This document shows, piece by piece, positions 19,896-31,232 of a DNA stretch of 64,000 nucleotides. The notes under the pieces are model-generated. The model saw only the letters and a program-made list of their open reading frames with translations, made no database searches and had not been told where the DNA came from. The first letter of the stretch is position 1, and each line of letters opens with the position of its first letter. The position numbers and the translations under genes were made by a program. Origin of the DNA: Schizochytrium sp. TIO01 (lineage: Eukaryota; Protista; Bigyra: Labyrinthulomycetes); contig SMSO01000008.1 in assembly GCA_004764695.1 (NCBI GenBank), positions 682,001 to 746,000 of the forward strand, in the 5' to 3' direction.

Positions 19896-21713
19896 TTACT
19901 GGTCGAGAGTGTACTTCTTGGGATCGTCCAGACCGTTTTCCATAAGAGTTTGGTAGGTAGCCTCGACCATTTCTTTGATTCCAATGTATTGGTGAATGCC
20001 AAGGCCTCCCTGATCAACAGGCTTCTTCGAACGGTCTACGTTAACCTTAGTCTTGGCAGGGGGAGGTGCACCAACAGTAGGCGGGGCAGGCTTGGAGTTG
20101 ACCTTGGTAGGGAGGAGCGCCTTGCGCTTCTCCGGCACCTTGGTTGATCCCTTGAGGATATCCACAATTTCTGCATACGTTACACAGGTACTGACAAGCA
20201 TGTTGCGCTGTCCCCAGCCAACCCAGTCCTTGTTTTGGCCAGCGGCGGTAACATGAGCTCGGGCAACATCACGCACGTCAACAGCAACAATGGTGTCTTG
20301 CTCAATCTTCTTGGCCGCAAAGAGCTCGAGGAGGCGGTAGCAGGTCAGGTTGAGATGCGGCTGGCCAGGAAGCATTGGGCCAAAGATAACGCTTGGGTTC
20401 ATCACGCTGAGCTTGAAAGGGCAATCGTGCTTTTTGGCAAACTCCCAAGCAAGCTGCTCGGCCATAGTCTTGGACATCGAATAGTAATCCTTCTTCTTTT
20501 CGAGGAGTTTGACATCAGACCAGTCCTTCTCGGAGTAAACGTAGTCCGCAGGCTTGGTGCCATACGACATGTAAGTAGCCGAGTTGGACGAGGTGAGAAC
20601 AACCTTTTTAACGCTGTATTTTTCACATGCTTCAAGGATCATGCGGGTTCCTTCCACAGCTGGTTTGACGATCTTCTCGCGACCTGACTTATCACTTTTA
20701 TTGCGAAAGAGAGGCGAGGCACAATGAATTACCACATCGCTACCTTTGATAGCTGCGTTAAAGGTCGATGGCTTCTCGAGGTCGCAACCTGCATAGAGCT
20801 TGAGCCGCTCCAACGCTCCTGGGAGCTTCTTCAGGAACTCCACATTCTTTGCATGGCGAGTAGTACCTCGAACCTCATGACCTGCCTCAAGAGCATACTT
20901 GACAATCCAAGAACCAAGATATCCAGTGCATCCTGTAACGCAGACCACAAGGTGCTGGTGGAAATGAGGTGCCGGCATGGGCATGTCCTCGGCTACCAGC
21001 TCGTGGTCGTGGTGTTGGTGAAAATGCGGTGCTGGCATGGGGGGGACGTGGTGCTCATGATTGTGCTCAACAGGCTGCTTGGGCTCACCATGGGGGTGGT
21101 GAAAATGTGGGTTGGGCATTGGGATGTCCTCAGCGTGAACTTCGTGGTCGTGGTGTTGGTGGAAATGCGGCGCGGGCATTGGCGGTACATGGTGCTCATG
21201 GTTGTGCTCAACAGACTGTTTCGGGTCAGTCGACTCCCGAGCCGCCTTATCCTTGCTCGAAGGGTGGACTGTTTTGCGTTCGTGCCGGGAGTGGTTCCAG
21301 TGGGGACCCGCCATAGAAGCATGGTGATTTTCGGGGTGGTATGAGTGGTCCACGGGCTTATGCGGTTCGTGTCGGCTGTGGTTCCAGTGAGGGCCAGCCA
21401 TAGATGCATGGTGGTTTTCTGGATGATATGTGTGGTCTACGGGTTTGTGGGGCTCATGACGGGTGTGGTTCCAATGAGGGCCAGCCATGGATGCATGGTG
21501 GTTTTCTGGATGGTAGGTGTGGTCCACGGGCTTGTGCGGTTCATCGCGAGTATGGTTCCAATGAGGGCCAGCCATTGAGAAATGATGCTTCGGATGAAGA
21601 GGCTTTTTTACATCCTGTGATGCATTTTTTTGGCCTTGTGCCTGTTGCTTCGCCCTGTTCTCATCCGAGGCACTCCCCTTCGGGTCTACGGGTGCCGGTG
21701 CTGTCTGCGCCAT
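19896..21713 (-). CDS. NAD(P)-dependent extended SDR (cinnamoyl-CoA/dihydroflavonol/aldehyde reductase-like) with His/Met-rich N-terminal repeats
   Basis: VCVTGCTGYLG Rossmann motif, VIHCASP, KPAVEGT, VVLTSS, YSEKDW, YSMSKTMAE (YxxxK), VDVRDVARAH. First ATG is at 21713. Confidence 0.9.
   Translation of the reverse strand: MAQTAPAPVDPKGSASDENRAKQQAQGQKNASQDVKKPLHPKHHFSMAGPHWNHTRDEPHKPVDHTYHPENHHASMAGPHWNHTRHEPHKPVDHTYHPENHHASMAGPHWNHSRHEPHKPVDHSYHPENHHASMAGPHWNHSRHERKTVHPSSKDKAARESTDPKQSVEHNHEHHVPPMPAPHFHQHHDHEVHAEDIPMPNPHFHHPHGEPKQPVEHNHEHHVPPMPAPHFHQHHDHELVAEDMPMPAPHFHQHLVVCVTGCTGYLGSWIVKYALEAGHEVRGTTRHAKNVEFLKKLPGALERLKLYAGCDLEKPSTFNAAIKGSDVVIHCASPLFRNKSDKSGREKIVKPAVEGTRMILEACEKYSVKKVVLTSSNSATYMSYGTKPADYVYSEKDWSDVKLLEKKKDYYSMSKTMAEQLAWEFAKKHDCPFKLSVMNPSVIFGPMLPGQPHLNLTCYRLLELFAAKKIEQDTIVAVDVRDVARAHVTAAGQNKDWVGWGQRNMLVSTCVTYAEIVDILKGSTKVPEKRKALLPTKVNSKPAPPTVGAPPPAKTKVNVDRSKKPVDQGGLGIHQYIGIKEMVEATYQTLMENGLDDPKKYTLDQ
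20953..21596 (-). repeat. Coding tandem repeats: ~3.5 x 87 bp (29 aa) plus a duplicated His-rich block
   Basis: HHASMAGPHWNHxRHEPHKPVDHxYHPEN units and PKQxVEHNHEHHVPPMPAPHFHQHHDHE duplicated; copies differ mostly at synonymous positions. Confidence 0.92.
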
Positions 21714-23356
21714 TTTCACCAAAATCTCGTGTGTGTTGCACTCACGACAAACAAACTAAAGTTCTCTCGCTCCTGTAGATCTTCCCCAGCTTTACGCTCT
21801 TCTTAATCCAGATCCTTTGATCTTGAATACTTAACTTCTCTCTCTAGTCGAGTCTCAGCGACTGGCTTTAGATCTACCTCGGCCAGATCCTCTTCGTTTT
21901 GGTTTTGCTTCGTCTCGATTCCAGATCTCCAGGCGGTAGGACTCAGACCGTGCCCCTCCTAACGTTTGGACTAACTGGTCCTTAGCGAGGCAAAGCGTCT
22001 CTTCGGCTCACCATAAGAAGCTCCTACATAAGAAAGTGTTTCTTCTATCTTATTTTCATTTAATTTTTTCAATTTTTTTTTTAAAAATATAAACAATTAA
22101 AAATTGATGTGCGCCTTTACATTTTAACTTTGATTGTAAAAACTGCAATGAATTGCAATGAATGCATTGTTTGCTCCTCTTGAGTCGGACTCGCTCGTTA
22201 TGATAAGCATAAGACGTCGAAGAGTGAGAGATTGAGAGGGAATGAGTAAGCGATCGAGCGAGTGAATGATTAAAACCCTCGTTAGTTTGCTTGTTTGTAT
22301 GACTTCCTGGATCCTGAGGAGGCACGGAATTGTAAGTTCAAGATCTCTTCTGCTCCTCTGTAAAATGGAAAAAATGCTATTGATTCAGTCCTCACTGATT
22401 TTTTTTTTTTAAAGTTAACTAAATGTTTTGTTATTAAAAAAAAAAATTATAGAAAAACTATATGTGATTGCAAATATCAGTCTTCGGGGACATGGTATAA
22501 ATTATTCGTGCAAATGACTACTACTTCTAGCGAGCCTCAACCAAGACCGACCGAATTGCGATATTCATGGATACTCTAGCAGCGGAAATTGCATCCGCCA
22601 CATCTCTTCGATCCACTTTCGCATGTGCCTCGATGATTCAGATTTGTCGCGACGGAATGAAAAGAGTCATAAATCCTTCTTATGCTATTTCATTCGTTTC
22701 ATTCTTAATTTAAAAAGAAATCGAGAAAATAAACAAGATGAAAATGAAAACGAATATTGGAAGAGCATAGCTCATACATACTCCAAAATATAACAAAACC
22801 AAGCTGCTTCCAAATATAAACATTTTCAAGCAAATAAATATTGCTACCCAGCACTAAGTGCTACTAGGTTTATTAAAACATTATTTATTTTAATTTTTAA
22901 AAAAACAACAACAACAACAAAAAAACAATAAAATATATATTAAAAAAAAAAAATCCCAGTTGAACAAACGTATCAATGCGGAATTCCACAAGAAGCACTC
23001 TACTTGACCCAAAGAAACCTTCAGCCAATCTTCAAAACGGCCAAGGGTATCATATCTCCTACCAGCTTTACTCTCCTATGCATGTATCGCATCCCAGATC
23101 GCACGCCTCTCCAGCGAATCTGCCCTCGCGATCCTTCTGCATTTTCTTGTCATTTCAACGAAACGGGGAGGATCCTAAAGAAGTAGGGTAGCCGAAAACG
23201 ACTCTTACTACATAGGTACTACCATCCTTCTTCAAGTTGATTCTTCAACTTCAACTCAACTCAACTCAACTCAACTCCATTACTTCTCAACTTGAAAAAC
23301 AAACAGGCCTAGATTTACTTACATAAGATTTATAAGACTAAACAAAACAACACAGA

Positions 23357-25372
23357 ATGAAGGACAAACGTCGAGATTGCCCTGAATCCTGCTCAAAGAT
23401 GCCGCCGACGCCTTGGACACGCGGCCGCGGCCTGGTCTTATCTTTCCAGGGATGGCCCTCGCGATTGTCAGCACTGCCGTCCTTCCCCTGGAGCGCCAGC
23501 GTCGGTAGCCAGCCAGCCAGCAGCAGCTGCAGCGGCAGCAGGTAGTACAGCAGCATTGGCATCTTGGACCTCAAGAACTTGCACGGTGTCGAGGTTATTG
23601 AGCGAGTGGAGCCTGTGGAGTGCCACAATGGAAGCATGAAGAGGCGGCGCTCAAGCTTGGGCACATCGATCTGTGCAGGTGTCTTCGTCTTTCACAACTT
23701 CGTTTCGGCGGTCGCTATCGCGTTCGAGCTCGAGGCTCTGGCAGTCATGGCCATCTGCGACCGCGGTTCTTCTGCCTCCTTGCACCTCTGGATCTTGAGC
23801 TAAGGAAGCACGCGGTGCCCAGAATGCCTTGGTTACACATTGGCGGCGTCTTGGCTTGAATCGTAACCCTGTCTGGCAGATCTCGAGGAGCAGAAGCTCC
23901 TCAAGCTTGGGTTGAGTTGGAGACGCTCTCAGGTACTAAGGCAGCGAGTCTGACAGGTTCCCACCGTTCTACAAGTTCCACATGTTCTTACATATAACAA
24001 CTATGGTCGACTTGAACGAGTTCTTCTCCAACTTCTTGCGGAACTAAGTGCTCACGGGTTCCAGGATACCGGATACGGCTGCGTCTGAATGAAAGTGGAA
24101 CTCCAAGTGACAGGCGCTTGGGCTTGGGTAGCACGAGCAGGTTCTTCTGCACCGCTCGAGGACAGGCTCCGGGCGTGGACGCACTGCCGCGTCGAGTGGA
24201 TGGCCCGATCTTTGGCAGGGTTCCATGGTCTCGCACGATGCGGTGTGGTGTGGCTTGGCGTGGCGTTGGCAACCTTGAGAAAAGACAGCATGACCAGAGG
24301 GAGGGAGAGTGATTGGTCGATCGATTGGAGATACCGGCGGCTTTGGGCGGACGCTTGGACCTGTCTCAGGCTCGCAAGCCTGAGGTTCAACTTTAACCAG
24401 GTAGGCTTCACGATCACCTGAGATCGTCGCTTGCGGCAGTGTGCCAAACGAGCACCCCGACTTCGATAACTTGAACTTGAGGTTGACCAGACCAGCAATC
24501 AGCTTCAACGTTCCGTCGATCGTGTTGGCGATGAGATGAGCGTGCTCGTTGATGTCGCCGGAACAACACAGCAGCTTGAGCTAGCTAGCGAGGAGTTGCA
24601 TCGTTTTTGCGAAGATGGTCAGATAAATGTCCAACCCATCCTTGAAGAAGGTCTCACGCCCTCCGGCGCCATTAATGCCGGCGATGGTGAGCGAGGGCGA
24701 CCTTCTCAGCTCCAAGGCGGCCTCGCCCCGCTCGTCCTTCAAGCTGGTCTTCGTCCTGAGCTCGAGTGCCTGGTCGCATACGTGCCCGTATCAAATATCC
24801 GCCGCCCGGGCTGAAGCACTCGAAGTTGAGCTCAAAGTCAGCGAGGGTGCAGTGCTTGGTCGCGCTGAGGCTGGTACCTACCCAGAGAAAGCCTGCTCGC
24901 CTTCAGGCCCTCGATCTCGCGTGCTCGAGGGCCGTGGCAATGGTGGTCGTAGCCATGGAGCGAGCGTCGTTGGTTATCAAGGAGGCATGCATGCTTGCAC
25001 GCATCCATGCATGCACGCAGAGCGAGCGCTTGAAAGCAGCAGCTGCTTCGAGGCCCAAGGAGATGCCCCAAAAGCTCTTGAGGAGCGCCAACGAGTTGGG
25101 CATAAGTGCTTCTTGGACTTTCTTGGGCCCTTGAACTTTGTTCGATAGCCTGGAGGACCTCGAGCTGAACGGCCTGAAGATACCACTTGAACAAGGTCGA
25201 GCTCTTTGAGACGCTGACCTCCTTCCTCATTCATGTAGTTTCATGAAGAAGAAGAAGGAACACCTCCTCAAATCGGGGTTCAAGAAGCTGCTACTGCCGA
25301 TGCGGATTGCATTGTCGATCGACAGCAATGACAGCGACGATGGCGGCGATGTCGAAGACGCGAGAACTGGCT
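23357..25372. pseudogene. GC-rich coding-like island with many stops/frameshifts (unidentified gene or element relic)
   Basis: Codon-like GC-rich composition between AT-rich spacers; the minus strand reads e.g. GRETFFKDGLDIYLTIFAKTMQLLAS*LKLL...LIANTIDGTLKLIAGLVNLKF across a stop. No family recognised. Confidence 0.3.
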
Positions 25373-26677
25373 AATGTTGAATCAATCAATCAATCAGTCG
25401 ATCAGTCAATTTGAAAAAAAAAATAAAAAAATGATTTTTATGATTATTTCGTAAAATTAAAATATGAAAGTGGGTTTTGTTTTATTTATTCAGTTCACTT
25501 TATCCAAGTTCGGAATGGTGGTACTTAGAAACAGTTTCTACCCTATTTAGATTACAAACATAAATCGTGACAATCAATACTTCAGGAAACTGCACAATTG
25601 AAGCTGCCCGTTCGACCCTACCTTCAGATAGTAGGTAGTAGGTGCCACGCGATCATTATATCGTAGTCCACCTTCGAAAGTGCAATGCCTAGACACGGAA
25701 ATTCATTCATTCGACCACCATCCTTAAGTTGTCCACACGCACAAGGCTAAAAAAGGAAAGAAAGTAAAAAAGGAAAGAAAAAATAATAATTTATAAAAAA
25801 ATAATAATTATAATAATAAAAGCAAACTTGCCAAAAGCCAAAACAAAACAGTTCAATTCCGCGATCTCCTCCTGGCCCCGGCATCACAATCCAAACCTCG
25901 CTCCATCATGAAAAAAGCAATAGGCGGTCCAATGTAGGTAGCGCCTTCAACCTACCGCTGTGTAGCTGAAGGTAAAACCCAACGAGCAACCCAACGAAGC
26001 ATTTCGCAACACCGGCTTCAAGTTGTCATGTTATGAACAAAAAGAAGAAAGAAAGAAAGAAAAAGAAAGAAAAAATAATCATTAAAAAAATATATAAAAC
26101 AACAAATCTTCGAGTTCCACGCACTCCGAGTTTGATGTCTGAATTCCGCAGCTCCTTGGACCCGTGAGAACGCGCGCGTTCGCAGCAGCAGCCTCGGCAG
26201 CAGCAATCAATTCAATCGTCCAATTCAACGAGTGTCAATCAATCAAACGATCAATCAATCACAATCAATCAGTCAAACAATCAAACAATCAAACAATCAA
26301 ACAGACAGCCAAGCAGTAGTTCTCTAGAGAGGCAGGTTGAGGTCGATTCCACGAAGCTGGAGACCAATGAGACTATTTAGATGCTTCTTGGAGCCGGGAA
26401 TAGTTGGCATCTCGGCAAAGCTGACGCCCATAGAAGAAATGCGGATCTCCTGAGGTGCACTTTGACCAGGCAGCCAAACTAAGGGGATCTTGGCAACGCT
26501 AAAACCCACGAACTCCGCTGCACGCAACTTGGGAAGGAGAGGATGGAAAAGCCAACTGCACCCGGTCGTTGAAGAGGAAGAGCCTCGCGAAGACCGCAGA
26601 CCAACGAGAAAGAACTTCTTCTTCACAATCTTGAAAGAGCACAGAAAGAAACTTACTTCAAGTTGGGGAAGGAAGCT

Positions 26678-26742
26678 GGTTAGGTTTGGGTTAGGTTAAA
26701 CTAGGTTAAACTAGGTTAAACTAGGTTAGGTTAGGTTAGGTT
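26678..26742 (+). repeat. Interstitial TTAGG / TTAAACTAGG telomere-like repeat
   Basis: ggttaggtttgggttagg (ttaaactagg)3 (ttagg)3 ttaaagg is visible in the sequence. Confidence 0.7.
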
Positions 26743-27867
26743 AAAGGTTGAGGATGAGAGATCCAAAGCGAGATCTTTCTATCTTCCTGTTTTTGCTTTC
26801 TTCTTCTTCTTCTTTTTTTTTTTAAAGAAAAAATTAAAATAAAAAGGTTTAAATTAAAATTAAAATTTAATTAGTAATCATAATAATAAACTAAGAAGAG
26901 CATGTTGTTAAGTGTTTTTTCTTTCATTTCTTTCATTCTGTCTTTTCGAGGCGCATGGATCCGAGTCGAGGTTTCAGAGCATCAAGGAGCGGGCGACAGA
27001 ATGGCTTAGTAAATAAACTAAGCACAACCTCCAACGAGAGAGAGTAGGGAGGAAGGTACCTACCTACTTTACCTTGGCTTTTTAGTATGACATGGGCATT
27101 TACTAAATGGCTGCGGTTTCGAATTTACTCTCTTTGAAAAGCACACCCGCAAGAATGAAAGAGAGAAACAGAATCAGAATTCGCAAGTTTTTCTATTTTT
27201 TATTCTTATAACTTGTTTTATCTTTAAACTGTAAAAGAATCATCGTACTTTCTTAAAGGGTTCGAGAGAAGAGCAAAAAAGCGCCGCTTGCAGGTACATC
27301 CATCCATAAATCCATCCAAAAATACGCATACGTACGTACGTACGTACGTACGTACTTACGTACGCACGCACATATATTCTTTCTTTCCTTTCAAGTTCTC
27401 TTCTCTTTGAGTTCTTCGAGTTCTTCGCAGATGAGATGAATCAATCTTGGATCGCGGTGATACCTACTACGCCATCGTTGTGCAAATAAGACACGAAGCC
27501 AATCTCAGTCTTAGAGCTAAGCTTTCTTTTCTACACTACCGCGATCCTTTGTAGCGGAACTGTGTCAAGATACCTCGAGCGAGCAACTTCAAGCTCGGCA
27601 TCAGAACCTCCATGGTGCAGGTCGAGGGATGAATATGAAGATTGACCTGATTGGTTCCAAGGGCCAATCAGCGATGATCGCGCATTTGCGGTGGTTTCCG
27701 CAAATAAGGTATAATCACATTGCACAATAGCACGCGGAGATCTAAGACATGAGGGAAAGCCCACACAGATTTACGAGGTGTTATGACACTCTGCAAGTTG
27801 AATACGGATCTCCTGGTGCAAAACAATTGTTTGCGCACAGTTTTGACGGTGAAAGCAAAGCTTGTTA

Positions 27868-27913
<46 letters not shown>

Positions 27914-29003
27914 CGATCGAATGAATGAATGAATGTCTTGAAGGCCAGCTTCTGGGCTTCACTGGCGGCAGCTATCATCCAAAGGTACACAGTCATCGGC
28001 TCAATGTATGATGCCAAAGGTAAGCAAGCAACTGGCGTGGAATATCTGTAAGCCGGTCACGATCTCTGGAGCACAGCCGCGCAGAGAAATGCAATAGGTG
28101 CGGTGCTGGGCTTGTGCAGGTCCAAAAACTCTGGTCGAAGTAAATAGAATCCGTCCGACCATCAACATAACCTATGGCAAGAGCTTGGAACTGCCTGGTG
28201 TACTGGACTCTACAACAGCACAGATGTTTCAATCATTGGCAACAGAAGTTGGAGGTGTGCCAAGCCATGGTGGATAAGAAATTTGCGAGGGTATAAGCTG
28301 CTTGGTTTTAATTATGACCATCCTACGCTATAAGTTGCGCAAACATGCCGTTACGAAGGCGGTTCAGGCTCAAAACGGTAGAGTTTCGGGCCAGAGAGTG
28401 GTAGAGGTGGCCGAGTTTTACATTTGCTTTTGTGGTGTCCTTTCTTTACAATCAAAACGCTCTTGATTGCAGGAAAGAGAAAATCAAAGATCTGGGTTTA
28501 TGAGTTGGAAAGGGGTAACTTCGAACCTATCTGAACTGGGGTCAGTATCTTCAGCAACGCAGCAAAAGCCAGGTACATCGATCTCAATAAAATATGAAAG
28601 TTTTGTTGGTACTTGAACGACTCAAATGACTGTAGATTTTTCTGATGGATTTTTTATTATTTGAGATTTATGGTGTTTCTCTTTTGAAAGCGTGCTCGGC
28701 TAGTAATTGGACACACTCACTCACTTGGCTTTGGTTGAAGAACGTCTCTCTGATCTGAAGTCTTCGAAACACTAGTTTTCCAAGCTACCTTGATTTAGTT
28801 ATTCTCTTCTTTAATATTAAAAATGGCTTGACGATGAACAAATTAGAATTTACCTTTACAATAACAGCAATAAGAACATGAGAAAGATCAAGGAGGCTGT
28901 GTAAGTCAACGCATGACGGTTCCTGATTTAACCTATTTTGTAGTTGGCCAGCAGGACGGAAGCTAGCTCAACAACATGCACAATCAATGAGCTGAGAATG
29001 AAA

Positions 29004-31232
29004 TTAGATATTTGGCATGATAGCACTCCGAGACACTGCTTGTGCACCATCAGATACGAAAGTAATTGTGTCTTTCATGAGCTGCTTTAGGTCTTCGTTA
29101 CGTGTAAGCTTCATGTATGTTTCTGTCAGAACATCGTATGTGCCATTTGGATGCTCGACTGGCACGGATAGAGAAAACAAGCAAATGATCAGCACCAATG
29201 CTCCGATAACAATACCGGCGCCTGCAGGATATGAACCTGTTCCAGTAGGCAGATATCCCAAAAGTAAGGCAACAAGAAAAACGAACAACACATAAGGGAA
29301 CTGAGTAATAAAGTGGCGCCAGACATCGCATTGCGTTGCGGTGGACGAAAGAACTGTAGTGTCAGAAATAATACTTGAGTGATCTCCAGCCACGGCTCCA
29401 GAAAGAACACCACTGATTGTGCCGAGCACAATTACCTTGTTACCATCAGAAACATCAAAGGCAGGTACAATGACGAGGGGAAACATAATCGCCATGGTGC
29501 CCCAAGAGGTACCTGTAGAGAGAGCAATCACAAATGACATACAAAAGGTGATTGCAGGCAAGGTAGTGTCAAGATCATTGTCAATGATGACCTGATAGAA
29601 AAGTGCGTCCGCACCTACATCCGTCATCATTGATCCTGTAGCCCATGCGAGCGTGAGAACGATCAAAGCAGGGAAAATCGTCATCAAGCCTTGCGTCCAG
29701 GCATCGACACATTGATAGATGGTAAAGAGAGGGCGTGGGCGATCCTCGTCACCGCGCCAAATACTCTTGATTACTCCCCACGTTGGTAGAAGCACCTGAT
29801 CGCCAACACGAAATTGAAGCTGATAAAACACGGTACACAAAACGCATGTACCGAAAGTACCAAAGAGGAGGCCGCTGTAAGAGTCAGCGTTCAAGAAAAC
29901 ATCTCCAACAGTGAAATTATTCGGGTCATCGACGTTCTGCACGCCAGTGTGCACAAAGACAAAGAAAATGAAAAAGACTAAAAACAAAACAGGCACCAAC
30001 ATGTTCCATGCGCGCTCAGGCTGGTCCTCGCGGGGCTGGTTCATCTCGTTCATATTGCGAATAGCTTTGTTGGCACCATCACCACCATCCCTGCGACTGT
30101 AGATGCGGACCTTACGCTCCGCCACAAGCATTGGCCCGAATTCACGTTTGCTAATGATTAAGGAAAGGTTGAAAATGATCATGAAGAACTCGTAAAAGCG
30201 ATACGGAATACTTTGCAAGAGCAAGCCATAGCCCGTTTCAGGGAAACCGTCAGGCACGCCTCCATGGTTCGTAATGATGCGCTGTAGCTCGGTGTTAATG
30301 AGACCAGCTTCATAACCTGTCCAGGAACTAATAGGGAACAGTGAAGCGATAGGTGCGGACGTTGCATCGACAATAAAGGCAAGCTTTTCCCGAGATACCA
30401 TGAGATCATCCATGATAGGACGCATAGTTGAACCCACAACAAGAGCATTAGCGTAGTCATCAAAGAAGATTAAAATACCAGCAAGGAAACCAAGCAACTG
30501 CGCAGCACGAGAGTTCTTGGCAAATCTAATCAACGACTTGGTGAGACCTACAACACCGCCAGATTTCTCCATCATACCGACCAATCCTGAAAGAAATAAC
30601 GTAAAGAGAACTACATATTGATGGTCCTCATCACTGAGAGCTTCAAGAATGTAGGTATCGAGAGATCTTTTGAAAGCATCCCTAAATGAGAACTGATTGG
30701 CAATGAAAGCGCCCCAAAAGACACCAAAGTATAACGATAACTCTACACGTTTGGTGAGAATGGCCACAATAAGAGTGAGAATAAGCGGGATCAGACTGAC
30801 GCCTCGTCCAATGACCGATGGGGTAGCTGAGGCTGTAGTTACGTTCATCAACATGGATTCGTAGACAGAAACGTAGGCTTCCAGCGTAGGTACTCCATGG
30901 TGATCAAATTCCACCGTACCGACGGTGATAGAACTGGGCATAATTTGCGACCCATTGATCAACTCCGAACCAGATTGAGAATACTCGCCGTTGATGTAAA
31001 GCTCCCAGTAAATTCGATCAGTTTCAATTGTTTCGGAGCTGTCTGCCCACGTCAACGTCACGAGAGCCGTGTACGAGGCGCCTGTGAAAAGAACTGGTTT
31101 CACCTCATTACTTGAAGGGTTGGCAAATTCGAGGTCTCCAGCAGTGGGCGTTAGCTGTAGGCTTAGGCCGTTTGCAAGGCTAGCAAACCCAAGCACTGCG
31201 GCAACAAGTGTCTTGATTGAAAGGAGGCCCAT
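29004..31232 (-). CDS. NhaC-family (Na+/H+ antiporter / amino-acid transporter-like) membrane protein with signal peptide and extracellular N-terminal domain
   Basis: FFDDYAN, SREKLAFIVDATSAP, PISSW, GTSWGTMAIMFP, GAVAGDHSSIISDTTVLSS, HFITQFPY motifs; many TM helices. Confidence 0.88.
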   Translation of the reverse strand: MGLLSIKTLVAAVLGFASLANGLSLQLTPTAGDLEFANPSSNEVKPVLFTGASYTALVTLTWADSSETIETDRIYWELYINGEYSQSGSELINGSQIMPSSITVGTVEFDHHGVPTLEAYVSVYESMLMNVTTASATPSVIGRGVSLIPLILTLIVAILTKRVELSLYFGVFWGAFIANQFSFRDAFKRSLDTYILEALSDEDHQYVVLFTLFLSGLVGMMEKSGGVVGLTKSLIRFAKNSRAAQLLGFLAGILIFFDDYANALVVGSTMRPIMDDLMVSREKLAFIVDATSAPIASLFPISSWTGYEAGLINTELQRIITNHGGVPDGFPETGYGLLLQSIPYRFYEFFMIIFNLSLIISKREFGPMLVAERKVRIYSRRDGGDGANKAIRNMNEMNQPREDQPERAWNMLVPVLFLVFFIFFVFVHTGVQNVDDPNNFTVGDVFLNADSYSGLLFGTFGTCVLCTVFYQLQFRVGDQVLLPTWGVIKSIWRGDEDRPRPLFTIYQCVDAWTQGLMTIFPALIVLTLAWATGSMMTDVGADALFYQVIIDNDLDTTLPAITFCMSFVIALSTGTSWGTMAIMFPLVIVPAFDVSDGNKVIVLGTISGVLSGAVAGDHSSIISDTTVLSSTATQCDVWRHFITQFPYVLFVFLVALLLGYLPTGTGSYPAGAGIVIGALVLIICLFSLSVPVEHPNGTYDVLTETYMKLTRNEDLKQLMKDTITFVSDGAQAVSRSAIMPNI

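Noticed and set aside
23564-23675. GTP cyclohydrolase II-like tail (GVEVIERV...KLGH)
   Set aside because: The pieces are in different frames and the diagnostic upstream TNNP motif is absent.
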